A stretch of DNA of 64,000 bases from a virus. Positions 1 through 9,114 of this stretch are shown in pieces. The stretch is from positions 50,542 to 114,541 of IMG/VR virus record IMGVR_UViG_3300036834_000211; one strand, given 5' to 3'. The position numbers were made by a program, and so were the translations under genes. A model generated the notes under the pieces. It saw only the letters and a list, made by a program, of their open reading frames with translations, was not told the DNA's origin and searched no databases. Positions within the stretch are counted from its first letter, which is position 1. Each line of letters begins with the position of its first letter.

Positions 1-631
1 GGCGTTCTCCATGGGCTGGGCCGCGGCGCTCGACTTCCCCAGGCTGAACGGCCGACAGACGGCGGCGTTCAAGTCCTACGTCGGGGGCCTGCCGGACGTC
101 ACCAACGGCACGATCGCGCAGGTCCTCGCGGGCTCGCCGCAGAGCGGAACTTTCGGATACGGCATCAACTTCTACGGAGACTACACGACTCGCAGTCAGG
201 GGTTCCCCGAGTACCAGCGCGGCCTGGTCTCGGGCCCGTTCGTCTGGGACGACAGCTACACCAACCAGATACAGCTGAACAACGCCCTGCAGAATGCGAT
301 AATGATCGGACTGTCGGCCGCCAACTCGGTCCCCTACGCCAATCCGGGCTACGCCCAGATCGAGTCCTGGTGCCTCGATCCGATCCTCGCGGCGCTGAAC
401 TTCGGATCCATCGTGCCGGGAGTGCAGCTCAGCCAGGCGCAGACGCAGTCGGTCAACCAGTCCGCCGGCATCGACATCGCGACCACACTGTTCCAACGGG
501 GCTGGTACTTACAGATCAGCCCGGCATCTGCCGCGACGCGCTCCATCCGAGCGAGCCCGCCGTGCACGCTGTGGTACGCGGACGGGGGGAGCGTCCAGGC
601 GATCACGCTGGCGTCGATCACCGTTCAATAG
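1..631 (+). CDS. Contractile tail sheath protein (DUF3383-like), C-terminal part; 5' truncated by window edge
   Basis: C-terminus RGWYLQISPASAATRSIRASPPCTLWYADGGSVQAITLAS is typical of DUF3383 sheaths; lies upstream of tube/chaperone/TMP genes. Confidence 0.85.
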   Translation, partial: AFSMGWAAALDFPRLNGRQTAAFKSYVGGLPDVTNGTIAQVLAGSPQSGTFGYGINFYGDYTTRSQGFPEYQRGLVSGPFVWDDSYTNQIQLNNALQNAIMIGLSAANSVPYANPGYAQIESWCLDPILAALNFGSIVPGVQLSQAQTQSVNQSAGIDIATTLFQRGWYLQISPASAATRSIRASPPCTLWYADGGSVQAITLASITVQ

Positions 632-845
632 GGATGGTGAAGATCTCCCAGCTGTCAACTGGGACGGCTTCTCCACTTAGAATCTTGAACCAAAACGCCA
701 TCCTCAGCTCGATGATTGCGGTCTGTCCAGTGCTCGGGTGTTGAAGCGTCATGCGCAGCTTGCCACCTTGCTGAAGTGCCTTGATCGATCCATTGTTCGC
801 ACTGATGACCTGCTTCTCGTCTACGTCCAGATCGGATATTTTCAC
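618..845 (-). CDS. Small hypothetical protein (~75 aa)
   Basis: GTG at 845 overlaps the TGA of the 842-1231 gene (GTGA coupling). Confidence 0.55.
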   Translation of the reverse strand: MKISDLDVDEKQVISANNGSIKALQQGGKLRMTLQHPSTGQTAIIELRMAFWFKILSGEAVPVDSWEIFTIPIER

Positions 846-1231
846 GTCTGATCTCCATTGGGGAACTCCGGCTCTGTGAGGTCGACCCAGCCGCGTGGTG
901 CGAGCGGGGTCTCGAACTCCGAGTGAGCCTCGAACCACCAGTCTGGAATGACTGTCCATGGACCCCAGCCCTCACCGCTCTCGTCCTCGTACACTCCGCC
1001 TCCCCAGACGGCTACGAAGTAGCCCTTGTCCTTCGTGTATCCCAGGCCCTCGCAGTGGGCACCGTAGATGGTCAGGATGGTTCTTTCTGGCGGGGATCTG
1101 AGATCCTCCGTCTCTATGTCCACATAGATACCGTCGTCGGGACGGGATTCGTAGTACGGGTCGCTGTCGTGGTCGTGCCAGACTAGGATCGGCCGGTCCG
1201 TCGGGGCATCCTTCATCGGTCTCAGCTTCAT
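842..1231 (-). CDS. Hypothetical phage protein (DUF551-like 'PMKDAPTDRPILVW...W' type)
   Basis: 129-aa ORF with GGAGA RBS; Trp/Tyr-rich pattern common in small phage proteins. Confidence 0.7.
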   Translation of the reverse strand: MKLRPMKDAPTDRPILVWHDHDSDPYYESRPDDGIYVDIETEDLRSPPERTILTIYGAHCEGLGYTKDKGYFVAVWGGGVYEDESGEGWGPWTVIPDWWFEAHSEFETPLAPRGWVDLTEPEFPNGDQT

Positions 1232-1266
1232 TCGGATCTCCCTATCAGGTCAGGAATAAATATACC

Positions 1267-1725
1267 ATGGCGTTCAACACGATCACGTCGGCCTCCGCGA
1301 CGTTCTACCTGACCATCGCCCAGGTCTACCCGCAGGGCGTCAACCTGATCGGATTCGGCGTGGACGACGCGTTCGTCGCCGAGACGGTAGACGCTGCGGA
1401 GACCCGGGTGGGCGTCGACGCGTACGGCGTGATGGGTTACAGACCGCGCGAGGTCCCGATGTCGATCCGCTTCCTCGCGGCGTCTCCGTCCATAGTTGTG
1501 TTCGAGAACTGGTTAGCGGCCGAGGATCAGCTCAACGACAAGTTGCCGGCAACCGCTATAATCACGCAGCCCGCGGTCAACCGCAAGTACGCGTGTGCCT
1601 TCGGCGCGCTGATGCGCGTCTCGACCCTGGCTGAGGCACGTCGCGTCTTGCAGGACCGGGAGTGGCGTATCACGTGGCTGCCCCAGGGGCCCGGCCGGCC
1701 GGCGGTCAGCGCGGCGCCGATGTAG
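1267..1725 (+). CDS. Tail tube protein
   Basis: 152 aa after the sheath; motifs TITSASA, LIGFGVDDAF, ETRVGVD typical of tubes paired with DUF3383 sheaths. Confidence 0.8.
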   Translation: MAFNTITSASATFYLTIAQVYPQGVNLIGFGVDDAFVAETVDAAETRVGVDAYGVMGYRPREVPMSIRFLAASPSIVVFENWLAAEDQLNDKLPATAIITQPAVNRKYACAFGALMRVSTLAEARRVLQDREWRITWLPQGPGRPAVSAAPM

Positions 1726-1728
1726 CGT

Positions 1729-1974
1729 CTAGCGAGCCAGGTTCCAGGCCGGGACACTTCTCGACATGCACGCGTAGTACGGCAAGGCCGCGCCGGGTTC
1801 GACTGTCCCACCATTCGCATCGTTCATCTCCATGGCCTTCGCCTTGCAGGTACTCGCGGAGGGATGATTGGAAGTCGTCTCGTCCCACGGTATGACGCCC
1901 GTGCACGGCTGGTTGATGCCGTACCAGCATAGGAAGATCGCGTAGATCGTATTCATTTTATCAGATCCTATCAC
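1729..1974 (-). CDS. Small Cys-containing, possibly exported protein
   Basis: Hydrophobic N-terminus (IYAIFLCWYG), four Cys, promoter-like sequence upstream. Confidence 0.55.
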   Translation of the reverse strand: MIGSDKMNTIYAIFLCWYGINQPCTGVIPWDETTSNHPSASTCKAKAMEMNDANGGTVEPGAALPYYACMSRSVPAWNLAR

Positions 1975-1998
1975 TTCTCATCCGTGATGTAAGCGCGC

Positions 1999-2014
1999 TT
2001 GCGAAAATTTGCAA
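1999..2014. promoter_or_regulatory. Palindromic operator TTGC-N8-GCAA overlapping the -35 of a leftward promoter
   Basis: TTGCGAAAATTTGCAA; on the minus strand TTGCAA-17nt-TACATC points into 1729-1974. Confidence 0.6.
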
Positions 2015-2037
2015 GACTCCACTGAGAGAAATGTTCA

Positions 2038-2253
2038 ATGCCACGTCGAATCTGTCCTACCTGCCACGGGCTGCGTTCCGTCCGCTACGGTGCGGGAATC
2101 TATAGGTGTCCCACGTGTCTCGGATCGGGAGGTGTTCCGCTCGGATTGGCTCCCCTAGACATCTCGCCAGTGGAGCGTCAGAGCGGTCTCAGTCGAGCCG
2201 ACACCCACGTCTCCAGGGGCCGCCCCCCGCCCATACCGGGACCTCCCAGGTAG
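2038..2253 (+). CDS. Small DnaJ-type zinc-finger protein
   Basis: CPTCHG...CPTCLGSG (CxxCxGxG) motifs. Confidence 0.5.
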   Translation: MPRRICPTCHGLRSVRYGAGIYRCPTCLGSGGVPLGLAPLDISPVERQSGLSRADTHVSRGRPPPIPGPPR

Positions 2254-2265
2254 TGGAGGAGCCTA

Positions 2266-2838
2266 GTGCTCAGTTCAGATTGGACCCGCCAGTATGGCAG
2301 TCGGAAGGTCAAGATCGTGACGATCCCCGGCGTCCGGTCCGAGCAGCCCGGACAGAGGGACAACGGCAAGAGCTTCCTGCTGGTGGAGATGGCCGCGCGT
2401 CCAGCGGAGAAGTGGGCGAACCGCGCCTTCCTCGCACTGGCCCACTCCCGGGCCGACATCCCACCCGGCATCGCCGAGAGGTACGCGAGGGTCCGAGGGG
2501 ACATGCGTCAGATCGAGGCCATCGCCGGCCTGCTGGGACACATGCACTTTCCCGAGATCGAGCCCCTCATGGACGAGTTGATGGGTTGCGTCAGCTTCGT
2601 CATCAATTCCGGACCCCCTCCCGTCACCAGATTGCTGAACGATTCCGGCAGCGTGGACGACGACGTCGAAGAGATCTCCACTCGCCAGCACCTGCGCGCG
2701 GAGGTCATCGATCTCCACGTGGGTTTTTCCGTGCCCGCCGCGGTCATCCTCTTGATCTCGGTGGGCTCGACGATGACGGAGATTTCGGAGCCGACCTCGT
2801 CGAGTACCCGAACGTCCCGCCGACGATCGCGGCGATAA
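2266..2838 (+). CDS. Tail assembly chaperone (gpG-like)
   Basis: Between tube and TMP; GGAGGA RBS; RDNGKSFLLVEM and VEEISTRQHLRAEVIDLHVGF motifs. Confidence 0.8.
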   Translation: MLSSDWTRQYGSRKVKIVTIPGVRSEQPGQRDNGKSFLLVEMAARPAEKWANRAFLALAHSRADIPPGIAERYARVRGDMRQIEAIAGLLGHMHFPEIEPLMDELMGCVSFVINSGPPPVTRLLNDSGSVDDDVEEISTRQHLRAEVIDLHVGFSVPAAVILLISVGSTMTEISEPTSSSTRTSRRRSRR

Positions 2839-2987
2839 TCTCGTCGTCCTCTGGCAGGGCAATGGCGACCTTGCACGAATTGGATACGGTATACGGGGTC
2901 GAGGATCTCTACGACATGCTGGAGGTCCTGGAGGTGGATGCTCACAATAAGCGCATCGCGCAGGCTGCTCTGAACAAGAGAGACTAG
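2721..2987 (+). CDS. -1 frameshift extension of the tail chaperone (gpGT-like); slippery heptamer G GGT TTT at 2721-2727
   Basis: Heptamer is in the correct phase; the -1 frame stays open to 2987 and encodes ATLHELDTVYGVEDLYDMLEV, ending 1 nt before the TMP start. Confidence 0.75.
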   Translation, partial: GFFRARRGHPLDLGGLDDDGDFGADLVEYPNVPPTIAAIISSSSGRAMATLHELDTVYGVEDLYDMLEVLEVDAHNKRIAQAALNKRD

Positions 2988-2988
2988 G

Positions 2989-4716
2989 GTGGCTACGGTT
3001 ATAGATGAACTCGTGGTCCGCCTAGGCCTCGACCCGACCGACTTCGACGAGGGCGAGGCCAGGCTCATCGCATCCCTGCGCAGGATGGAGGCCGCGGCCC
3101 AGCGCGGTGGTCGCCAGGTGACCGACACGGTCGGCAGGGACACGATCGCCTTCTTCCGCGCAGTCGAGAACCCGATCTCCGGGCTGCGACGGACCTTCGA
3201 GGGCATGGTACTCCAGACCGAGCGCACCCGCGAGAGCCTGCGGAAGACCGGCGAGGAGGGCGAGGCGTCCGGCGAACGCGTGGCCCGCGGTACGTCTGCC
3301 GCGACCGCGGCGATGCGCGGCCTCGGCGTCGCCGGCCTTGCCGCCTTCGCTGCGTACGAGGCGCTGAGCAAGACGCTCGGTGCAGTCACCGACGTCGCCG
3401 GGCGAGTGTTCGCCACCGGGATAGGTGCCGGTGCTGCCGGCATGGGTATCACCCAGTTCGGTGCGATCAGCCAGGCGCTGTTCGCTGGTGGCAACGTACC
3501 CCAGGCCGAGACTCAGAACTGGCTGGCCCAGTACTCCGAAATGCAAGGGCAGGCTGCCAGGGGTATCAGCCCCGGCATTGGCTTCATAACCAACCTGAAC
3601 AAGCTCCTCAACCAGGAGACCTTCACTGGCATCGACCCATTCCGAGACTCGCCCGAGCAGATAATAACCAAGCTGGCCGCCCAGCTCTCCGCCATGCCGG
3701 AGGCCCGGGCGTACAGCGCCGGCAATGCCCTCGGGCTGAGCCGGCAGATGGTCTCGGGCCTGCGCGCGGAGGGTGAGCGACTCCCGGCCGACATCGCGGA
3801 GCAGCGACGCAGGGCCCCGACCGGCGAGGATCTGAGGGCCGCGCAGCGCCTGATTCTGGCCGAGGACAAACTGGCCACGGCGTGGGAGAAGCTCGAGCGC
3901 GACCTACTACTCAGCGGTATTGCCGAGGGCCTGACCAGGTTGGCGTCGTGGCTCGATACGCTGATAGCCCCCGGATCCAACGACCCCCGCGGGTTCCTGG
4001 GGCGCTTCTTCGGCGGATCTCGCCCGGAGTACGGAGAGGGGGCAGTGGTCAGCGGAGGCTCCGGGGGACAACTGTCGCAGGTCGTCGCCGGCGGCCAGGC
4101 CGACCAGTTGGTCGACTACATCATCAAGCACGAGGGTCACTCCCCCACCGGCGTCGTGAACAACCCGGGCAACATCAAGTTCACCGGCGCCGAGGGGCAG
4201 ACCGACTCCGGCGTCCGCGCCACCGACGGCGGCACCTTCGCGTCCTACCCGACGCCGGAGGCTGGCCGCGCCGCCATCGCCGCTCAGATCAATAGGGCCG
4301 CGAGCGGACTGTCCACTGCGTACGGTCCCAATCCTACCGTCAGCAGTTTCTTGAGCAAGTACAGCGGCGGGGGATACAGCGGCTCGGATCTGGCCATCGC
4401 ACCACCGCCACCGACGACTCCTCCTCCCGCTGGCAAGCCCAGTACGGTGCACGTACCCGACCCGCTGGACTGGATACTGGGGCCGGTCGACCCGGTGGCG
4501 AAGGCTCCCATTCCCGCCAAGCAGGCTGCCCTTCGCTCCATCCAGATGGCAAACGCGACGAATAACACGTCGACGACGCACAACTACGGTGACCAGCACG
4601 TCGACATCACCGTCAACGCCCCGACGAGAGAGGCCACCGCAATTGCCAACTCGGTCAGCGACCAGGTGAGGCAGCTTCCGCCCATGGCCGGACCGGCCAA
4701 CACGGGTCTGGCGTGA
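2989..4716 (+). CDS. Tape measure protein with C-terminal lysozyme-like domain
   Basis: N-terminal ATVIDELVVRLGLD; Ala/Gly-rich helical body; HEG...NNPGNIK...FASYPTPEAG motif near the C-terminus. Confidence 0.85.
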   Translation: MATVIDELVVRLGLDPTDFDEGEARLIASLRRMEAAAQRGGRQVTDTVGRDTIAFFRAVENPISGLRRTFEGMVLQTERTRESLRKTGEEGEASGERVARGTSAATAAMRGLGVAGLAAFAAYEALSKTLGAVTDVAGRVFATGIGAGAAGMGITQFGAISQALFAGGNVPQAETQNWLAQYSEMQGQAARGISPGIGFITNLNKLLNQETFTGIDPFRDSPEQIITKLAAQLSAMPEARAYSAGNALGLSRQMVSGLRAEGERLPADIAEQRRRAPTGEDLRAAQRLILAEDKLATAWEKLERDLLLSGIAEGLTRLASWLDTLIAPGSNDPRGFLGRFFGGSRPEYGEGAVVSGGSGGQLSQVVAGGQADQLVDYIIKHEGHSPTGVVNNPGNIKFTGAEGQTDSGVRATDGGTFASYPTPEAGRAAIAAQINRAASGLSTAYGPNPTVSSFLSKYSGGGYSGSDLAIAPPPPTTPPPAGKPSTVHVPDPLDWILGPVDPVAKAPIPAKQAALRSIQMANATNNTSTTHNYGDQHVDITVNAPTREATAIANSVSDQVRQLPPMAGPANTGLA

Positions 4717-5393
4717 GCGGATTACCTCCCCTGCTCCTGCTGACCCAGGATGATCTCAGCATACTGTCGGAGTTCGGTCCACCGCAGTGGGGCATCTTCG
4801 ACGAGGGCGGGCAGCCCGTACTAATCTCGGAGTCTGTCGGAGAACTCGGGTACCACCGTGGGTACGACGTCTCAAACTATCCCCAGGAGATGGGGGCGTT
4901 CGCCAGCTACAACAAGGTTCAGATCCCCTACGACGCGAGGGTGACGCTGCTGTCCAGCCAGACGCGGGGACAGCTCCTCTCGATACTCGAGCCGGTTGCG
5001 GCGTCGCTCCAGTTGGTGGCGGTCGTGATGCCGGAGTACGGATACCCCAGCGCCAACGTGGTGGACTACGAATTCCGGCGCACGGTCAGGAGCGGCGTTA
5101 CACTAATTGCGGTGGAGGTGAGGCTCAAGGAGATCCGGACCCCGACTACCTCCACACTCTCCAGTTCTCAAGGTAACTCCACCTCGCCCGCCGGAGCCGG
5201 AGCCGGAACCTCGAGGCCCGTCGGACAGGTGAGCAACCAGGCGCTGGGAGGTGGACTCACCTCCAGCCTGTTCCCGTCGGCGACCAGCACCAGCTCGACG
5301 AATGCCGCTTTCCCGACTCAGAGCGGACCGGTCCAGCCGACGGATCGGTCGTCCCTCACGTCGCCCTGGGTCGCCATCCAACCCCCGACCTGA
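4713..5393 (+). CDS. Baseplate/tube-initiator protein
   Basis: Follows TMP; VSNYPQEMGAFASYNKVQIP motif; Ser/Thr-rich tail. Confidence 0.75.
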   Translation: MSGLPPLLLLTQDDLSILSEFGPPQWGIFDEGGQPVLISESVGELGYHRGYDVSNYPQEMGAFASYNKVQIPYDARVTLLSSQTRGQLLSILEPVAASLQLVAVVMPEYGYPSANVVDYEFRRTVRSGVTLIAVEVRLKEIRTPTTSTLSSSQGNSTSPAGAGAGTSRPVGQVSNQALGGGLTSSLFPSATSTSSTNAAFPTQSGPVQPTDRSSLTSPWVAIQPPT

Positions 5394-5404
5394 GTGTAAA
5401 GTCG

Positions 5405-6649
5405 ATGCGCAGCCGACTCGGTCTCCTCCTCACGATCCTCCTCGTGCTCTCGCCCGCCGCGGCGAGGGCCCAGACCGCGTGCACGGTTCTCCCCCAGTCG
5501 TCCCTGCTCAATCTGTTCTCCGACGCCGCGCCGGTGGCCTCGATCGTCCCTGCCTACGTGCGCAACGCGATCTGTAGCTCTCTCAATCCGACGAATAATC
5601 TCTCGGACGTGGCGTCGCAGCAAACGTCGATAAATAATCTATTCGGACCTAATACTTATTTGAAGATCCTGGGTAGTGGGGCATTATCCGTTCCGTCATA
5701 TACATCATTGTCCACGCAGGGGACTCTGTCGGGAACGCCTGCGGGATCTTCGATTGATGTCAATTATGGGTCTACGACGCCACTCTCGACCATAGCAGTA
5801 ATCAGCGATACTGCGACGAATCAGCTGTTGGGAGGAGTAATACCAGCTCTCAGCATAGCTCACACGTTTGGCGGTACTGGAGCCGGTCCAGGCGCTCGAC
5901 AGGGGATTTTTGTTGATCTTGTCCAAAATGGAAATGTCGGTTCCGGTACGGGAGCCTTTCAAACTGGGATCTTTTCGAATGTGTGGGCCAGGAGCGGAAC
6001 CGGCGGCGGCCAATTCTACGCCTATGCAGGACAAGTAATCGACGACCTAAACGTCTCTCACTATGGTACGGTCGGTGGCGAGATCGACTTGGCATTGCAC
6101 CAGCCTGGGGCTGGGATCAAAGAAGGATGGGCGGTTGCGTCCACCCCGTTGGGGAGCGGGAACGACACACAGCAAGGTACCAACTATTCGGCCGGCTATG
6201 GGCTGTGGGCCGGCGGCTCGTGCGGGAATGGTGCACTCGCCGGGGGGAGCGCCTGCGCCGGCTTCAACACAGGCATTTCGTTCGGCCGCTCCGATAGTTA
6301 CTGGCCCATTTCCAACGCCGGTACGGTGATCGCCGCAACGCAAGGGGTCGGCACGATTGGTAATATGAAGGCGGCGCAGGGCATCGACATGCACAACGTC
6401 ACCTTCAGCACTTACGCGCTGAATTTCCCTGGATTCCAAGTCACTGGCGACGGCAGCCTATTTGCCGGCGGCGCATCGGGTCTCGGCGTGGCTAAGCAGT
6501 CGAGTGGTCCGGGTGCTGGACCGGGCGCCGCGGTCGTCAGGATAATTGCATTGCCGGGCACAACGGGAGGCACCTGCAAACTGGTGGCCTATGCCGGCAC
6601 GAGCACCACGGGTGTGCTCTTGGCTGATAACATTGGTAGCGGGTGCTGA
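5405..6649 (+). CDS. Gly-rich fibre/appendage-like protein with N-terminal signal peptide
   Basis: MRSRLGLLLTILLVLSPAAARA|Q; NNLSDVA fibre motif; Gly/Ser/Thr-rich; paired Cys. Confidence 0.7.
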   Translation: MRSRLGLLLTILLVLSPAAARAQTACTVLPQSSLLNLFSDAAPVASIVPAYVRNAICSSLNPTNNLSDVASQQTSINNLFGPNTYLKILGSGALSVPSYTSLSTQGTLSGTPAGSSIDVNYGSTTPLSTIAVISDTATNQLLGGVIPALSIAHTFGGTGAGPGARQGIFVDLVQNGNVGSGTGAFQTGIFSNVWARSGTGGGQFYAYAGQVIDDLNVSHYGTVGGEIDLALHQPGAGIKEGWAVASTPLGSGNDTQQGTNYSAGYGLWAGGSCGNGALAGGSACAGFNTGISFGRSDSYWPISNAGTVIAATQGVGTIGNMKAAQGIDMHNVTFSTYALNFPGFQVTGDGSLFAGGASGLGVAKQSSGPGAGPGAAVVRIIALPGTTGGTCKLVAYAGTSTTGVLLADNIGSGC

Positions 6650-6653
6650 GTAG

Positions 6654-7304
6654 ATGAGCGGCAGCCCGTGGGGGAGTCAATTTGGTCCCCAGTTCGGGAT
6701 CGGCATCCGTCCCGGTCCCTCGACGCTGCCGGTGCCTGGTGGGATCCCATACATACCGCCGCCGGCCGCGCCAAACCTCTCGACCGCCTACTCGATCGTC
6801 CCGACGAGCGAGGCGCCGGCCCAGCAGATCACGATAACGCTCGCCGGGCAGGCGTGCCTGATCAGACTGTACACGAAGAGCACCAACGTGCCGACGATCG
6901 ACCCGGGGGAGATCCCGACCGACCCCGAGCCGCGCTACGAGAACATCAACCCATGCTTCGTCGACGTGTATACCGGCAGCGGGGCTAACTTGATCGTGGG
7001 CGGGGTCTACGTCCGGCAGGGGACGCTGATCGTGCGCGACGTCTACCTGGGATTCGTCGGCGACCTCGTGGTCGTCGACACGACAGGCGCGGCCGAGGAC
7101 CCGCGCGGGGTGCCGGCGAGGCTGCCGCCGACCTACCTGAGGAATCAGACCCAGCTCGCCGAGTACCCACTGGCCGACGGCGACATGGCCCCACCGGCGG
7201 TGGCCGGCCGCATCCCCGGTATGGGGACTCGTTGGATACTGACGTACTGGCCGGTTGGTTCGTACGTGCCCGGATACTCCTTGCCGCGCTCGGTGGCAGC
7301 GTGA
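6654..7304 (+). CDS. Baseplate protein (plug-type)
   Basis: PAQQITITLAGQACLIRLY...YLGFVGDLVVVDTTG...GMGTRWILTY pattern; located before the hub gene. Confidence 0.7.
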   Translation: MSGSPWGSQFGPQFGIGIRPGPSTLPVPGGIPYIPPPAAPNLSTAYSIVPTSEAPAQQITITLAGQACLIRLYTKSTNVPTIDPGEIPTDPEPRYENINPCFVDVYTGSGANLIVGGVYVRQGTLIVRDVYLGFVGDLVVVDTTGAAEDPRGVPARLPPTYLRNQTQLAEYPLADGDMAPPAVAGRIPGMGTRWILTYWPVGSYVPGYSLPRSVAA

Positions 7305-8251
7305 GCAACGGCACCACTACCCTGCCGGACGTCTCGGTCACCGCCCAGGCTCCCTCGCCGGTCGTCACGACGCTCCAGGCACCCTACGCGGTCCGGAAGA
7401 TCGACCTCACGTTCCAGATCGGCACGGGGGACTTCGGTGTGTCCGGAGCGGACCAGCTCACCCTCACCGGCCTGCGCGTTTATGCCCACCTAGAGGCCGT
7501 CGTGTCTCCCCACATGGCCTCGGTCGCGTTGTTGCGCGTTTATGGTATGTCTCTCGACCACATGAACGCCGTCTCGGTGGCTGGATTGCTGTACCAGAGT
7601 CGGAAGAACCTGGTCCAGGTCAGGGCAGGAGACGACGCGTCCGGCATGACGACCGTGTTCGACGGTCTTATCACCGAGGCCTACCCGAAACTCGACGGTG
7701 GCGCTGACGATCGTCACTTCTACGTCTACGCGACGCCGGCCACTGCCATCCAGCTCAAGCCGGTCTCGCCGTCGAGCTACCCCGGCTCGGTGCCAGCGTC
7801 CCAGGTCCTCAAGACCCTGGCTCAGTCCGTCGGCTACACCCTCCAGGACAACGGCGTCACCGCCGTGCTACAGACTCCCTACCTGCCCGGCACGGTGTGG
7901 CAACAGATCCAGGCCGTCGTCGCAGCGGCGGACTGCTTCGCGTTCCTCGACAGCGTCAACAAGGTGCTGATCACCTGGTCGAAGAATAGCAAGACGACAC
8001 CTCCAGTGACGGTGATTGTGGGACCTCAGACCGGCATGATCAATTATCCGATGTTCCAGAATAAGCAGATCATCGTTCGCACGCTGTTCAGCCCGTCCAT
8101 GGCCATCTCTCCGGGCACTACCGTGCTCGTGCAGAGTGAACTGAAGGCTGCCAACAATGCTAAGCTGACCCTCAACATGGTTACCCACGAGCTGGAGTCT
8201 CAAGAGCCAGGTGGTCCCTGGGAGACTATCCTGATTGGGTCGCCGCCGTGA
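7301..8251 (+). CDS. Baseplate hub protein
   Basis: GTG at 7301 overlaps the previous stop; RKIDLTF, VYGMSLDHMN, GMINYP, HELESQEPGGPWET motifs. Confidence 0.8.
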   Translation: MSNGTTTLPDVSVTAQAPSPVVTTLQAPYAVRKIDLTFQIGTGDFGVSGADQLTLTGLRVYAHLEAVVSPHMASVALLRVYGMSLDHMNAVSVAGLLYQSRKNLVQVRAGDDASGMTTVFDGLITEAYPKLDGGADDRHFYVYATPATAIQLKPVSPSSYPGSVPASQVLKTLAQSVGYTLQDNGVTAVLQTPYLPGTVWQQIQAVVAAADCFAFLDSVNKVLITWSKNSKTTPPVTVIVGPQTGMINYPMFQNKQIIVRTLFSPSMAISPGTTVLVQSELKAANNAKLTLNMVTHELESQEPGGPWETILIGSPP

Positions 8252-8991
8252 GCGACGCCGACACCTACGCCTATGTGGGGGCCCAGGATGCCGGCACCAC
8301 CGTACATCCATTCAATACTACGGACTTCCACATCGACCAGGCCATCGCCGACGTCCGTACGGCTCAGTACGCGAAGGTGATTCGGGGCGCCTACGACGCT
8401 AACGGAAACGACATCCCGCCAGGTACCATAGGACCGATAGGCTTCGTCGACGTCCAGCCGCTGGTCAACCAGGTGGACGGCAACAACGGGAACTCCACAC
8501 CACACGGGACGATCTATAAGATCCCATACTTCCGGTACCAGTCCGCGCTCGGCGCGATCATCTCGAACCCGAAGAAGGACGACATCGGGGAGATCATCAT
8601 GCACGATCGGGACACCAGCGTCGTTCGGGCTACGGGAGCCCAGGGAAACCCGGGGTCGAGAAGACGGCACGACTTTGCTGATGCCGTATTTCACGGCTCG
8701 CACATTGACACCGGGACACCAACCCAGGGAGTAGCCTTCTCAGATACTGGCGTAAAGATATTCGACAAGAACCACAATACGGTCACGCTGGCCAACAACC
8801 TGATCACGATCAAGGTCGGAAATGCAACCTACACGTTCGATCAGAACGGGCTCTTTACAGCTAGTGGGAATGTTATTGCGGGCCAGGGCGGGTCGGATCA
8901 AGTGACGTTACAAGGACATCAGCATACTCAACCTAATGATAGTCATGGAGATACAGAACAACCTACGAATGCTCCTACCGCAGGTACTTAG
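8248..8991 (+). CDS. Baseplate central spike (gp138/gpV-like)
   Basis: GFVDVQPLVNQVDG, NPGSRRRHDFADA; C-terminal HQH metal-binding tip motif. Confidence 0.85.
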   Translation: MSDADTYAYVGAQDAGTTVHPFNTTDFHIDQAIADVRTAQYAKVIRGAYDANGNDIPPGTIGPIGFVDVQPLVNQVDGNNGNSTPHGTIYKIPYFRYQSALGAIISNPKKDDIGEIIMHDRDTSVVRATGAQGNPGSRRRHDFADAVFHGSHIDTGTPTQGVAFSDTGVKIFDKNHNTVTLANNLITIKVGNATYTFDQNGLFTASGNVIAGQGGSDQVTLQGHQHTQPNDSHGDTEQPTNAPTAGT

Positions 8992-9008
8992 GCGTAGCCT
9001 GCCAGCGA

Positions 9009-9102
9009 CTGCGCGTGCACTCCAGCTTGAAGAAAAGGGCGGCCGCTATGCGAGTAGCGGTCAGTGGTACCATCAGGCTGGACGAGCCTTAGAGACGATT
9101 TC
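9009..9102 (+). repeat. Dispersed ~94-bp structured repeat, copy 1
   Basis: CTGCGCGTGCACTCCAGCTTGA...TCAGGCTGGACGAGCCTTAGAGACGATTTC; matches 32475-32568 and the reverse complement of 58142-58232. Confidence 0.8.
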
Positions 9103-9114
9103 TGAGACATACAC

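Noticed and set aside
2106-2720. 5' part of the 293-aa ORF 2106-2987 as an independent gene
   Set aside because: It overlaps the chaperone in another frame and is Arg/Pro-rich noise; only the part after the slippery site looks coding.
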